Notes: generated by a model from the letters alone, not told the origin. A DNA stretch of 64,000 bases from Nanobdellota archaeon (GCA_022565235.1 JADFJW010000001.1:1135-65134); one strand, 5' to 3'. Counted from the first letter of the stretch, positions 30,881 to 41,381 are shown. Program-made: numbers and translations.

Positions 30881-31239
30881 CCTATTATCCTAATTTTCTT
30901 TCCATTAGGTTTTTCTTTACTTAAATCCAATAAGTTGACTATTTGTGAACCATTCTTCTCTAATTTATCCTTCGCCTGTTCTGAAAACTGGTAAGCAGAT
31001 ATTGTAAGCTTATGATTCAGATTTCCGGACCCTAAAACCTTTCCAGGAACAACAATAACTTCATTTTCTTTTGTATATCTATTAATCCTGGACAGGTTAA
31101 CAGCCCTCCTGTTCCTTGTAGGCCTCTCTAAATCTAAAGCAACCCTTTTCCATAAGTTTACAGACTGCTCATTGCTTCTCTTCTTCAATTCCCCGATTAA
31201 ATCCTGCAATAATGGGTTTGTAGGTCCTGTTCGTTTCAT
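30877..31239 (-). CDS. rpl18e: 50S ribosomal protein L18e
   Basis: GPTNP, VNLSRINRY, VVPGKVLGSG. Confidence 0.95.
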   Translation of the reverse strand: MKRTGPTNPLLQDLIGELKKRSNEQSVNLWKRVALDLERPTRNRRAVNLSRINRYTKENEVIVVPGKVLGSGNLNHKLTISAYQFSEQAKDKLEKNGSQIVNLLDLSKEKPNGKKIRIIG

Positions 31240-31241
31240 TT

Positions 31242-31295
31242 TTGTGCATGCCTGCACACTAGCGTAAGGGGTATATTCTATACCCCTAGACAGGC
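31242..31295. repeat. Modular hairpin element (25-bp head plus 8-bp stem/TTC loop/AGAC)
   Basis: TTGTGCATGCCTGCACACTAGCGTA identical at 41659-41683. Confidence 0.85.
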
Positions 31296-31332
31296 ATATT
31301 TTATCGTTTTATTATTGAACTTTTAATTTTAA

Positions 31333-31416
31333 TGCGGGAGACGTGATTCGAACACGCGTACCCACTAAGGGACAAGACCCTCGATCTTGCGCATTTGGCC
31401 ACTCTGCCACCCCCGC
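31333..31416 (-). tRNA. tRNA-Leu(GAG), intronless, C33
   Basis: Hand fold: GCGGGGG/CTCCCGC acceptor, CAAGA-TCGAGGG-TCTTG anticodon arm, long variable arm, TTCGAAT, A73; conserved rpoD-rpl18e position. Confidence 0.92.
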
Positions 31417-31428
31417 GTATGCGAAGGT

Positions 31429-32223
31429 TTACTTGAGCTTCTTTACTGCTTCATTAAAATCGTCAAAAGTTTTATCAAAAATCTTCAAAGCCTGATTCAA
31501 GATTTCCTTGCAGCTTAACTGCCCCCATGATTCCATGTAAAAAATAATGTCATTATCATATTTGACCTTTACCTCGCCATTTGAAACTTCTTCTACAACG
31601 CCTGCAAGATCGTACTTGAACAAATTGTCTTTAATAACCTCAAGCTTTCCATTTTTTATTTCAAAAATATTTCCATGAGTTTTTTCCACGATCTCTTCCG
31701 GATTCTTTACATTTCCTATCTCTATTATAGGCTTATGTTTGTAATAAGCAAGGCATGGAGTCCATTTAGAATGTACTTTACCTGTTCCCAGAACAGCAGT
31801 AGCCTCTAATTCCAAAGACTGGCCTTTTAACAATTTTACAATAGGCAGTTTTGGATAAACAGGCTTTACTGCAGGATCTTTGCTTTTAAGCTCGGAAGCG
31901 TAAACCATTCCAGAACCCTTTGATGCTTTCAAAGTGAGTTTAAGCTGACATCTTGCACATCCCTCTCCGTTGCATTTACATTCATCAGGCAAATTATATG
32001 ATTTTAAGTCTGTTTTTAAGGGTACCAATCCAAGCCTGTGCGCAATTATCTCATCATATAATATGGAGTCATTTTTTCTAAACTCTATCTCCTCAATAGC
32101 CATTGTAGGGACTTCCTCTATCATAATCCTCCTCAATGTATTTGCAAAAGCAGGTGTAGAATCCTTTATGATAAATGAAAGCTTCCCTTCTTCTTTACCA
32201 TTTGATAAAACTCTTATTTCCAT
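31429..32223 (-). CDS. rpoD: RNA polymerase subunit Rpo3 (D)
   Basis: FANTLRRIMIEEVPTMAI, DEIIAHRLGLVPL, HSKW. Confidence 0.95.
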   Translation of the reverse strand: MEIRVLSNGKEEGKLSFIIKDSTPAFANTLRRIMIEEVPTMAIEEIEFRKNDSILYDEIIAHRLGLVPLKTDLKSYNLPDECKCNGEGCARCQLKLTLKASKGSGMVYASELKSKDPAVKPVYPKLPIVKLLKGQSLELEATAVLGTGKVHSKWTPCLAYYKHKPIIEIGNVKNPEEIVEKTHGNIFEIKNGKLEVIKDNLFKYDLAGVVEEVSNGEVKVKYDNDIIFYMESWGQLSCKEILNQALKIFDKTFDDFNEAVKKLK

Positions 32224-32279
32224 TTTAGCACCTCAAACTTGTTTGACGCTAGGAAATCGTAGATTTCCCGCTGCCTCAA

Positions 32280-32675
32280 TTATACTCTTCTACCTCTCCT
32301 TCCTCCTTTTTTTCTACAACCATCGTGAGGTAAAGGAGTAACATCCTCTATTAAACCAATCCTTAAACCCATTCTTGACAATGCCCTTACAGCAGCCTGT
32401 GCACCGGGTCCAGGACCGACAGAATCGTTATGACCTCCGGGAGCCCTTATCTTAACGTGAATCGCATTTATTCCCTTTTCCATAGCTCCCTCAGCAGCCC
32501 TTTTTGCAGCAATCATTGCAGCAGTGGGACTGGATTCCATCCTATCGCTCTTAACAACCATGCCGCCAGATGCTTTGCTTATCGTTTCTGTTCCAGTGAT
32601 GTCCGTTATGTGGATGATAGTATTATTATATGATGCGTAAATATGCGCTATTCCCCATCTTTCATGATATGCCAT
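32280..32675 (-). CDS. rps11: 30S ribosomal protein S11
   Basis: [34 protein letters not shown]. Confidence 0.96.
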   Translation of the reverse strand: MAYHERWGIAHIYASYNNTIIHITDITGTETISKASGGMVVKSDRMESSPTAAMIAAKRAAEGAMEKGINAIHVKIRAPGGHNDSVGPGPGAQAAVRALSRMGLRIGLIEDVTPLPHDGCRKKGGRRGRRV

Positions 32676-32677
32676 TT

Positions 32678-33358
32678 TTAATCCTCCTTGACCTCAGCTT
32701 TTTTTCCTTTAATTTCTTTTCTAACTTCTGATTTTTTTTCAGAAGCTGTTTTGTTTCCTTTCTCAGCTTTTTTTCCTTCAACTTTTGTTTTCTTTTCTTC
32801 TTCTTTAACTTCTTTCTTCTCTTTCTTATCCTTTTTCTCCACTTTTGCCACAACCCTTATAGGGTGGCTAGGATCAGCAACAACAGAGCCCTGAGAAAAT
32901 TGTATGTGGCCTTCCTCGTCTAATGGAACAAGATAGGAGGGTGCTGTAATCGTTCTTTCTCCCAACGAAATATGATCATGAACAATAAACTGCCTAGCCT
33001 GCTTAAGGCTGCCTGCCATATTTTTCCTGTAAACTAAAGTCTGCAATCTTCTTTCCAGAACATCTTTTAATGTCAAAGACAAAACATCTTCTATCTTTGC
33101 ATCTTTTCCTAGTAATCCTAAAGATGAAAGTTTTGTCAAAAGCTGATTCCTTTCCTTCTCAACCTGAGGATTATTTAAGGTAATAAGGTTTTTTGCCTGC
33201 CTGGTAAAATTCTTCAGAATTGTACCCATCTTCCATATCTCATATTTTCTTCTAAGTCCGTACCCCTGCAGGATTTCTTTTTCTGCCAAAATCCTTTCTT
33301 TTTGCCACGGGTGTGATGGCTTTGAAAATTTTTTTCTTTGTTTTTTAGGACTTCCCAT
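32678..33358 (-). CDS. rps4: 30S ribosomal protein S4 with K/E-rich C-terminal tail
   Basis: [23 protein letters not shown]. Confidence 0.95.
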   Translation of the reverse strand: MGSPKKQRKKFSKPSHPWQKERILAEKEILQGYGLRRKYEIWKMGTILKNFTRQAKNLITLNNPQVEKERNQLLTKLSSLGLLGKDAKIEDVLSLTLKDVLERRLQTLVYRKNMAGSLKQARQFIVHDHISLGERTITAPSYLVPLDEEGHIQFSQGSVVADPSHPIRVVAKVEKKDKKEKKEVKEEEKKTKVEGKKAEKGNKTASEKKSEVRKEIKGKKAEVKED

Positions 33359-33360
33359 CT

Positions 33361-33936
33361 TTATGCCTTACTCCCTTTAGCAGCAGTTTTTTTAACAACT
33401 CCCAATGATGATTTCCCCTTATTCCTTCTAAAATTAGATTTTGTTCTCTGGCCTCTGACCGGCAACCCCACACCATGCCTTACTCCCTTGTAAGACCTGA
33501 TTTTTTTCATCATCTTGATATCATTTTCTTCTGCAAAAGATAAATTTCCTGTTAGGACATGATAATCTTTTCCATCTACATAATTTTTTCTCCTATTAAA
33601 CATCCAAGAGGGTGCGTTATAATTCGAGGGATTGCTCAAAACATCATCAAGCTTCTTAACTTCATCATCTTTTAGGTAACCAGCTTTGGCTGTTTTATCA
33701 ACACCTGCGAAATTACATAACATGTTAGAAAACATGAAACTCACGCCCTTGATCTTTTTCAGTGCATTGCTTATACTTTTGTTTCCGTCAAGGTCTGTAT
33801 TCGCGATCCTTACAAAATACTTGAAATCTTTACCTACAGAATTTGCGCCGGAACCTAGGTCAGAGGTACTGGAAATCTCTGATTTCCTTGTAACTTGCTT
33901 CCGAGCATCTTCCTTAGCTTGAGATTGTTCTACCAT
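33361..33936 (-). CDS. rps13: 30S ribosomal protein S13 with N-terminal extension
   Basis: VRIANTDLDG, YKGVRH..GLPVRGQRTKSN. Confidence 0.95.
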   Translation of the reverse strand: MVEQSQAKEDARKQVTRKSEISSTSDLGSGANSVGKDFKYFVRIANTDLDGNKSISNALKKIKGVSFMFSNMLCNFAGVDKTAKAGYLKDDEVKKLDDVLSNPSNYNAPSWMFNRRKNYVDGKDYHVLTGNLSFAEENDIKMMKKIRSYKGVRHGVGLPVRGQRTKSNFRRNKGKSSLGVVKKTAAKGSKA

Positions 33937-34203
33937 CCTAATAACATACTCACTTACGTTCGTAGCATCAAACAAATAAATATTGTTTAATTATAACCAT
34001 TTGTTTGGCATATATCCGAGAATATAGCACTTAAAGCAACCCTAAAATCGCTCTAATTGAACTCGGGCTAAGAAAAAGGAACTGAGTTTTATTTATAAAG
34101 GTTGTGATTGATCGGTTGATTTTTGTTCCACATTTTTACTGGACAAACTTTTTGCAATCAAAAGATTTAAATATATGCGACACGTTTGGAAAAAGTGCCA
34201 AAA

Positions 34204-34251
34204 ACACAATATGTTGTGTTTGTTAGATAAGGTATATACTACATGTTGTGT
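34204..34251 (+). promoter_or_regulatory. Tandem NrdR-box-like operators upstream of RNR
   Basis: ACACAATATGTTGTGT (34204-19) and ATACTACATGTTGTGT (34236-51), 32 bp apart, downstream of TATA-like TTTAAATA at ~34167. Confidence 0.75.
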
Positions 34252-34292
34252 CTGTGTCCAGTGGTAAAAAGATTATAAAGAGGTAGGTGATC

Positions 34293-36857
34293 ATGGTGCA
34301 AAAGATTTCTGAGATAAAGAAGAGAGACGGAAGTGTGGTAAAATTTGAGGAAGCGAAAGTAGCGAACGCTATATTCCAGGCGGCTAAGTCTGTTGGCGGC
34401 AAAGATATGGATGAAGCCAAAAAGCTCGCATATAAGGTGACTAAAGAACTGGAGAAGCAAGTAGAAGGCATACCTACAGTCGAGCAATTGCAGGACTTGG
34501 TGGAAAAAATATTGATTGAAGCCGGGCATGCTCAAACATCTAAGTCATTTATTGTTTATAGGCAAAAAAGGGCAGAACTTCGTGAGCAGAAGATGAAGGT
34601 TCTGGAAAAGGATTATTTAGATGAGGTAGACAAGAGGTTTGACCTGAATGCCCTAAGGGTCCTAAAGTCAAGATACCTAAAAAAAGATGAGAAAGGGAAG
34701 TTAATAGAAACTCCAAAGCAATTGTTTACAAGGGTCGCTGTACATTCTGCTATCCCAGATATTTTTTATGATGACCGAGTTTATGATATAAATGCAGGGC
34801 AAAACACTTTTGAAATAGAAGAATTTGATCAAAAAGAGTATGATGGTAAATTTTCCATTGGTAAGTATAAATTAAACCAGTATCACATGGAAGGTGTAAG
34901 GAGAATTTATGAAAGGTACAATCACGAGAAGAAGATCCGGGTTTCCTGGAGTCAGCTGCTTGAGCTGTTTGAGGAAAAATATTTTGACAAGTATGAGGGA
35001 AGCATAGATGATTTCTATAACCTGATGACGGAAAAGAAGTTTATGCCAAATACTCCTGCGATAGCTAATTTTGGGAATTCGTTAGGCATGGGCTCAGCAT
35101 GTTTTGTTTTGGGTATAGATGACAGCATGGAAAGCATCATGGATACTTTGAAGCATACTGCAATAATACATAAAAGCGGAGGAGGGACGGGATTTAATTT
35201 TTCCAAGATAAGACCTGAAGGAGATTTTGTTTCATCTACTTCCGGTGCTGCCTCTGGACCGCTGTCCTTCATGAAGATGTTTGATACGATGACAGAGGTA
35301 GTTAAGCAGGGAGGTATTCGTCGCGGTGCTAACATGGGCATAATGAACAGCAATCATCCTGATATTGAGAAGTTTATAACAGCGAAAAACGGTAATAAAG
35401 GCCTTAGGAACTTTAACATATCTGTTTTGCTAATGGGGGATTTTTGGGAGCATTACAACAAAAACAAGCCGTATCCTTTGGTTAATCCCCGGAATGGAAA
35501 AGTTGTAAAAACAGTTAATCCAAGGATGCTTTTTGATAAGATAGTTTATCAAGCCTGGGAATCGGCTGAGCCCGGCATAATATTTTTTGATACTATAAAC
35601 AAATATAACCCGTTTTATGAGCATTTGGGGCCTATAGTTACAACTAATCCTTGTGGAGAGGTGCTTTTATATCCAAATGAGCCATGTAATTTGGGTTCGA
35701 TCAATGTATGGGCATTTGCCAAAGAAGATGCCGATGGGAATGTATATTATGACTGGAATGGGTTGAAAGAAGCTGTGCATAAATGCACAAGGTTATTGGA
35801 TAATGTAATTGATGTGAATAAGTTTCCTTTGAAACAGATTGAGGAAATGAGCCTGAATACCCGTAAAATTGGTCTAGGGGTTATGGGTTTGGGTGATCTG
35901 CTATATGAGTTGAGGCTCCCATATAACACTGATGAAGGCAGGAAGTTTATGGAAAAGATTATGCAGTTTATTGCTTATTATTCCAAATTGGAGAGTATTG
36001 AGCTAGCTAAGAATCGCGGAAATTTACCATATTATGACAAGAGCTTCTATAAAGACGGGAGGCTGCCATTCAGCGGCTTTGACCTGAAAGAAGAATGGGA
36101 TTTTGATTGGGAAAAGGTAAGTTTAGATATTAAGAAATATGGGATAAGGAATGGTTATGATACGATTATTGCTCCTACTGGCAGCATATCGATGATAGCC
36201 GGCTGTTCTTCCGGGATGGAACCGGTTTATTCTCTTGCTTTTGAGAAGAATGTTAAAGTTGGAAGCTTTTACTATATTGATCCTGCTTTTGAAAGAGCTT
36301 TGAAAAAAGAGGGTTTGTATACTGATGAGCTTATGGAAGCAATATGCGAGAATACGGGTTCAGTGCAAGGCCTAGAGGGATTTCCAGAGGAGCTGCAGAA
36401 AGTTTTTGTTACTGCCCTGAATATAACACCGAAGGACCATATTCTTGCTTTAGCTTCTTTCCAGAAATGGGTTGACAGCTCTATTTCAAAAACAAATAAC
36501 TTTCCGGCAGATGCTACGGTAGATGATATGAGGGAAAGCTATATCATGGGCCATAAGATAGGATGTAAAGGCCTTACGGTTTTTAGAGATACTTCTATTA
36601 AGGAACAGGTTTTGGTTGCCGGTAAGAATAGTAAATTAGAAGCGAAAGAAACTGCAACGCAAGTACAACAAAAAGCAGAAGCTCCACAACCAATCAGTGA
36701 TGTTACCGGAAGAGCAGAGGATGTTGAATCTGGTGACTTGATGACGCAAACCACAGGTAAAGCGCAACATAAGATCTGTCCTGAATGCGGTGGAGCAACT
36801 CAGATGCAGGAAGGTTGTGTTAGCTGTAAGGGTTGTGGTTGGGCACTTTGTAAGTGA
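34293..36857 (+). CDS. nrdJ: Class II (AdoCbl-dependent) ribonucleotide reductase with N-terminal ATP-cone and C-terminal Zn ribbon
   Basis: IKKRDG ATP cone, GSACFV, GGIRRGANMG, TNPCGE, APTGSIS, CPECG..CKGCG. Confidence 0.92.
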   Translation: MVQKISEIKKRDGSVVKFEEAKVANAIFQAAKSVGGKDMDEAKKLAYKVTKELEKQVEGIPTVEQLQDLVEKILIEAGHAQTSKSFIVYRQKRAELREQKMKVLEKDYLDEVDKRFDLNALRVLKSRYLKKDEKGKLIETPKQLFTRVAVHSAIPDIFYDDRVYDINAGQNTFEIEEFDQKEYDGKFSIGKYKLNQYHMEGVRRIYERYNHEKKIRVSWSQLLELFEEKYFDKYEGSIDDFYNLMTEKKFMPNTPAIANFGNSLGMGSACFVLGIDDSMESIMDTLKHTAIIHKSGGGTGFNFSKIRPEGDFVSSTSGAASGPLSFMKMFDTMTEVVKQGGIRRGANMGIMNSNHPDIEKFITAKNGNKGLRNFNISVLLMGDFWEHYNKNKPYPLVNPRNGKVVKTVNPRMLFDKIVYQAWESAEPGIIFFDTINKYNPFYEHLGPIVTTNPCGEVLLYPNEPCNLGSINVWAFAKEDADGNVYYDWNGLKEAVHKCTRLLDNVIDVNKFPLKQIEEMSLNTRKIGLGVMGLGDLLYELRLPYNTDEGRKFMEKIMQFIAYYSKLESIELAKNRGNLPYYDKSFYKDGRLPFSGFDLKEEWDFDWEKVSLDIKKYGIRNGYDTIIAPTGSISMIAGCSSGMEPVYSLAFEKNVKVGSFYYIDPAFERALKKEGLYTDELMEAICENTGSVQGLEGFPEELQKVFVTALNITPKDHILALASFQKWVDSSISKTNNFPADATVDDMRESYIMGHKIGCKGLTVFRDTSIKEQVLVAGKNSKLEAKETATQVQQKAEAPQPISDVTGRAEDVESGDLMTQTTGKAQHKICPECGGATQMQEGCVSCKGCGWALCK

Positions 36858-37072
36858 GTTCTTTTTTAGTTTTTGAAAAGGTCGTATAACTTACGTTATG
36901 CGACGTTTTGTACTGAAAACCCAAACATTTATATACCACATATATACTCAAGTATATAGGTTGAATAGAGGGAACAGAGAGTATAGTGACTAAAGACTTT
37001 TACTTTTTCTGTTTCACGTGTAGTGGAGATATTTGAAACGCATGTTTTTTTATTCAAGGAGATATAGATAAA

Positions 37073-38467
37073 ATGATATTTGAAGATTTAAATGTAAAGC
37101 CAGAGCTAGTCAAAGGACTAAAGGAAATTGGGGTTAAGGAGCCTACTGAAATACAGAAAAAAACAATCCCGTTGATAAAAGAAGGAAAAGATGTTATAGG
37201 CATATCAAAGACTGGTTCTGGGAAGACAATTGCTTTTGGCATTCCAATACTGGAAAAAATCGAACATGGGCGGGGAGTGCAGTTTCTAATAATTGCTCCT
37301 GTAAGGGAACTAGCCGTCCAAATATCCAATGAGCTAAAGAAATTCGGGAAATACATAAAATTCTCTGCGGCAACTGTTTATGGAGGTGTTGCAATTAATC
37401 CTCAGATAGAGGCTATAGCAAGAGCAGATATTATTGTCAGCACACCGGGAAGATTACTGGACCACTTGGAGAACTTCGATCTAAAACTAGACAAAATAAA
37501 ATGTGTTGTTCTGGATGAAGCTGACAAGATGGTTGAGATGGGATTTATTGAGGATATAAGGAGAATACTAAACGAAACACCAAATAACAGGCAAGTTTTG
37601 TTATTCGGAGCAACAATCTCAAATGAGGTAGATGAACTAAAGCAAGATTACATGCATAATCCTGAAACTGCCCAGGCAGAATCGCATGTAGATGAAGAAT
37701 ACTTAGAGCAATATTATTATGATGTAAAGCAGTTTGAGAAATTCTCATTATTAGTGCATTTACTAAAGAAAGAAAAGAAAGACTTATGCATAATTTTTTG
37801 CTCTGCAAGATCTACTGTGGAAATGGTTACAAGGAATTTAAGAGACAATGGAATTAAATGCGATATGATCCACGGGAAACTAACCCAGAACAGGAGATTA
37901 AGAGCTATTGAAAATTTCCATAAAGGAAATCCCACTATTCTTGTAGCATCAGCAGTTGCGGCAAGAGGGATAGATGTAAAAGATGTTTCACATATTTTCA
38001 ACTATGATTTATCACCTGATGCGCAAGAATATGTGCACAGGGTCGGAAGAACTGCAAGAGCAGGAAAAACAGGAAAAGCGATTACATTACTAAGCGAAAG
38101 GGACCATGATGTTTTCAGGGAAATTTTAAGCAGGTTTCCTGTCAAGGTTGAACAGCTCCCCTTGGAAGATTTTGAAAGGTTAAAATTCAATGCCGGAATT
38201 AGAGGGAGTTTTAGAGGCGGCGGCAGGTTTGGAGGAAGAGGTAGCGGAAGACCAGGAGGAAGGTTTGGAGGCAGAGACGATTCAAGAGGTTATCAAGGTC
38301 ATAGGCCGCGATATGGCGGAAGAAGTTCTGATAGTTCAAGTTCGTATGGCGGAAGAAACGATTCTGACAGGCCAAGGTCAGGATTTCAGGGAAGACCAAG
38401 GACATCTGAACACAAACCAAGGTCTTATGGCGGAAGAAGTTCTTCAGGGTATGGAAGATCAAAATAG
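37073..38467 (+). CDS. DEAD-box RNA helicase with RGG-rich tail
   Basis: KTGSGKT, TPGRL, LDEAD, HRVGRTARAG. Confidence 0.95.
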   Translation: MIFEDLNVKPELVKGLKEIGVKEPTEIQKKTIPLIKEGKDVIGISKTGSGKTIAFGIPILEKIEHGRGVQFLIIAPVRELAVQISNELKKFGKYIKFSAATVYGGVAINPQIEAIARADIIVSTPGRLLDHLENFDLKLDKIKCVVLDEADKMVEMGFIEDIRRILNETPNNRQVLLFGATISNEVDELKQDYMHNPETAQAESHVDEEYLEQYYYDVKQFEKFSLLVHLLKKEKKDLCIIFCSARSTVEMVTRNLRDNGIKCDMIHGKLTQNRRLRAIENFHKGNPTILVASAVAARGIDVKDVSHIFNYDLSPDAQEYVHRVGRTARAGKTGKAITLLSERDHDVFREILSRFPVKVEQLPLEDFERLKFNAGIRGSFRGGGRFGGRGSGRPGGRFGGRDDSRGYQGHRPRYGGRSSDSSSSYGGRNDSDRPRSGFQGRPRTSEHKPRSYGGRSSSGYGRSK

Positions 38468-38485
38468 TTTGGTAGAAGGTATTGA

Positions 38486-39445
38486 TTATATTTCACTCTT
38501 AAACTGGTCATAACCATAACTTAATTTCTTTTTTCTTTTGTCGAACAAATAAATTCCTTGTTTTTTTGGTAATATTTTTCCTACCACTATGCATTTTATG
38601 CCTTTGATTTTATTTAATCTTTTTTCGGGTATTGTAAAAATTAATTCGAAATCTTCTCCTCCAAATAAAGCATAGTCATATGGGTCTTTTTTTAATTTTT
38701 TAGCGTCGTTAATTGTATTTTTATTTAATGGGATTTTTTCTTTGTAGATGACTGCCCCTGTTTTGCTTTCATTGCATATGTTAAGAACTTCAGATGCAAG
38801 TCCATCAGAAACATCTTCCATTGCATTAACAAAATTTGATAATTTTCTTCCGATATTTAATTTACATTTAGGATTCAAATAATAATTAATTGAGTTTCCT
38901 TTCTTATTGTTTTTTAATAATTGCAACCCTGCTCTTGATGCTCCTAAATTTCCTGTGACAAGAATCAAATCATTAATTTTTGCATTGGACCTTAAGCATA
39001 GGTTCTTCTTTTCGACAAAACCAATCAACATAACATTAATAACAATATTTTTTCCATTAGAAAGGTTTCCACCAATTATGTTTATTTTATATTTCTTGCA
39101 ATTTTTATTTATTCCATTGTATAATTTATCAACAAAATTAGTATTGGTGTTTTTTGGCATTGTGAGAGAAATTAAAGCGTATTTTGGAAAACCACCCATT
39201 GATGCTATATCTGAAACATTACTTTCTATTGCTTTAGAGCCAATTTGCTCTGGAGTGAACCATTTTAGATTAAAATGGTCATCTTCCACTAAAGTGTCAG
39301 TTGTCAGCAACAAATAATGTTTTTTATCGAATTTAAGAACTGCTGCATCGTCTCCTATGCCCTTAACTACGTCTTTAGAGAATAATCTTAGGTTTTTGCT
39401 TATTTTTTTGATTAATTCTATCTCCCCAAACCCCGATAATTCCAT
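38486..39445 (-). CDS. thiL: Thiamine-monophosphate kinase
   Basis: GIGDDAA, NVSDIASMG, DVSDGL, GGEDFEL. Confidence 0.92.
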   Translation of the reverse strand: MELSGFGEIELIKKISKNLRLFSKDVVKGIGDDAAVLKFDKKHYLLLTTDTLVEDDHFNLKWFTPEQIGSKAIESNVSDIASMGGFPKYALISLTMPKNTNTNFVDKLYNGINKNCKKYKINIIGGNLSNGKNIVINVMLIGFVEKKNLCLRSNAKINDLILVTGNLGASRAGLQLLKNNKKGNSINYYLNPKCKLNIGRKLSNFVNAMEDVSDGLASEVLNICNESKTGAVIYKEKIPLNKNTINDAKKLKKDPYDYALFGGEDFELIFTIPEKRLNKIKGIKCIVVGKILPKKQGIYLFDKRKKKLSYGYDQFKSEI

Positions 39446-39488
39446 GGAAATCAAAAAGTTTTTAATTCTTAAATATCTTTCTGTTTAT

Positions 39489-40028
39489 ATGCTAGATGTA
39501 ATACTTCAGGTCTTTTATCTTATGCTACCTGCTTATTTTGCCAATATGGCCCCAGTTATTGTTAAAGGTAGTTTTAAGAGCCTGAAAATACCTTTGGATT
39601 TCAATAAGAAGATAAATAAAAAACCGATACTCGGGGAAAACAAGACTTTTAGAGGTCTTATTTTTGGAGTTTTGTTCGCCGTAATCATCGCTTATTTGCA
39701 GTTTTTGCTGTATAATAATAATATTCTGGCGGATATAGCAATCATTGATTATTCAAACTGGCTGCTAATAGGATTTCTTCTGGGTTTTGGAGCTATATTT
39801 GGAGACCTAGTGGAAAGTTATGTAAAAAGAAGGATGAATTATGAACCTGGGAGGAGCTTTGTGCCGTTTGACCAGATAGACTTTGTTATAGGGGCTTTGA
39901 TTTTTGTTTATCCATTAGTCATTTTGTCATTGGATAAGATTGTAGTTATGTTATTTCTAAGCTTTATTCTGCACATTATAGTAAATCATATCGCCTTCTA
40001 TATGAATATAAGAAGAGAGAAATGGTAA
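39489..40028 (+). CDS. carS: CDP-archaeol synthase
   Basis: LPAYFANMAPV, GENKTFRG, GDLVESYVKRR, FDQIDF. Confidence 0.88.
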   Translation: MLDVILQVFYLMLPAYFANMAPVIVKGSFKSLKIPLDFNKKINKKPILGENKTFRGLIFGVLFAVIIAYLQFLLYNNNILADIAIIDYSNWLLIGFLLGFGAIFGDLVESYVKRRMNYEPGRSFVPFDQIDFVIGALIFVYPLVILSLDKIVVMLFLSFILHIIVNHIAFYMNIRREKW

Positions 40029-40496
40029 TTAAAGCAAGACATAAAGCACTATAATTGGTACAAAAAACCATAGATTCTTCAGAATAATACCATAATAATT
40101 TTTCTTTTTGAGGTTCAACAGTATAGAAGAGTTTGCAACCCCATATAAGAATATAAGAACCGTTTCCAGGACAAATAAATTGAAAATTTTGCTGCTTAGG
40201 TAGAATATCACTCCAAGAAGCAAATAGACAAGAGAGGATTTTTCTAAATTCATTTTTTTATTTAACATTAAAATTATTATAAAAAATAAGAGAATTGTTG
40301 TTAAGATAACATTGATTTTGTAGAAAAACAATAAAGAAACCAAAATCATGAAAAATAATATCTTTTTTAGCAGAATGAAATATCTTTTTCCAGGTTGCTG
40401 CTCTTCAGCTGCAAGTTTAATCAGGATTATGCCTAATAGCAATCCCAAGTAGGCTATTATTGACGCTAAAAAATAATTCAGATAGGTTATTTGCAT
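40029..40496 (-). CDS. Hypothetical membrane protein
   Basis: Multiple hydrophobic helices; adjacent to rpiB. Confidence 0.6.
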   Translation of the reverse strand: MQITYLNYFLASIIAYLGLLLGIILIKLAAEEQQPGKRYFILLKKILFFMILVSLLFFYKINVILTTILLFFIIILMLNKKMNLEKSSLVYLLLGVIFYLSSKIFNLFVLETVLIFLYGVANSSILLNLKKKNYYGIILKNLWFFVPIIVLYVLL

Positions 40497-40499
40497 AGT

Positions 40500-40955
40500 T
40501 TATTTTTCTATATCAGATATTTTTTTAATTCTTCTTTCATGTCTTTTTTCTTCAGTAAAACCTGTTGCAAGCCACGTTTTGACAGCGCTTATCGCTTCAT
40601 CTCTTGTGAGAAAACTTGCCCCCAAGGAAAGTATATTTGCATCATTATGCATCCTTGAAAGCTTAACAATTTCCATATTTTTTCCATAATACACGGCAGC
40701 CCTTATTCCCTTGGTTTTATTTGCAGTTATTGCCTCCCCTTGTCCAGAAGCTCCAAATACTATTCCTCTGCTGTTTTTGTCCGCTGAGACTTTTTTTGCT
40801 GCTTTGGAAATAAAATCAGGGTAATCATCAGCAGGATCAAATCTATTGGCTCCGACATCCTCAACTTCAAAGCCTTCTTTAAGCAAATATTTTTTTATTT
40901 GTTCTTTGAGCTTGAAACCTGCGTGGTCGGTCCCGAGGATTATTTTTTTATTCAT
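40500..40955 (-). CDS. rpiB: Ribose-5-phosphate isomerase B family
   Basis: GTDHAGFKLK, DDYPDF, GASGQGE..ANK, HNDANILSLG, RHERR. Confidence 0.88.
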   Translation of the reverse strand: MNKKIILGTDHAGFKLKEQIKKYLLKEGFEVEDVGANRFDPADDYPDFISKAAKKVSADKNSRGIVFGASGQGEAITANKTKGIRAAVYYGKNMEIVKLSRMHNDANILSLGASFLTRDEAISAVKTWLATGFTEEKRHERRIKKISDIEK

Positions 40956-41002
40956 TCTTAGAATTACTCTTTTTTTATTGCTTTTAATATTTATTGTTTT
41001 TG

Positions 41003-41050
41003 TACGTTCCCGTACAACAGTGTATGGGGCTATCTTCGATAGCCCGAGAC
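41003..41050. repeat. Hairpin element; 25-bp arm inverted relative to 41755-41779
   Basis: 24/25 match in inverted orientation; followed by GGGCTATC-TTC-GATAGCCC-GAGAC. Confidence 0.8.
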
Positions 41051-41117
41051 GGCTTGATATGTTGTAGTCTCTGGATACCACAAGTATTCCACTATGTTGT
41101 TCTATGGGTGCGTAGAA

Positions 41118-41381
41118 TTACCAGGCTCTTATGTATTCGCTATGGCCCCATTGGATCAATAGATCAACTCCTAGCTTTTCAACTACAATAGGGACATCAC
41201 AACCACCCCAGCAGCTTCCAAGCCATATGACAACAGAAACATTAGTGTTTTTTTCTATGTGTTGCTGAATTTCCTTCGCTTTCGGCTTTAGGCCGTCAGG
41301 CAGCTGTATGCATACTAGTTTAGCGTCGTTTTCTTTAATTTTTTCTACTGCCTTATTTAGTTCTAAGTCGTAGTTTTCCAT
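41118..41381 (-). CDS. Stand-alone N-terminal domain of diphthamide synthesis protein Dph2
   Basis: VCIQLPDGLK, GSCWGGCD, LLIQWGHS; only 87 aa. Confidence 0.75.
   Translation of the reverse strand: MENYDLELNKAVEKIKENDAKLVCIQLPDGLKPKAKEIQQHIEKNTNVSVVIWLGSCWGGCDVPIVVEKLGVDLLIQWGHSEYIRAW

Noticed and set aside
38190..38513. 107-aa acidic ORF
   Set aside because: Alternate frame of the helicase RGG tail
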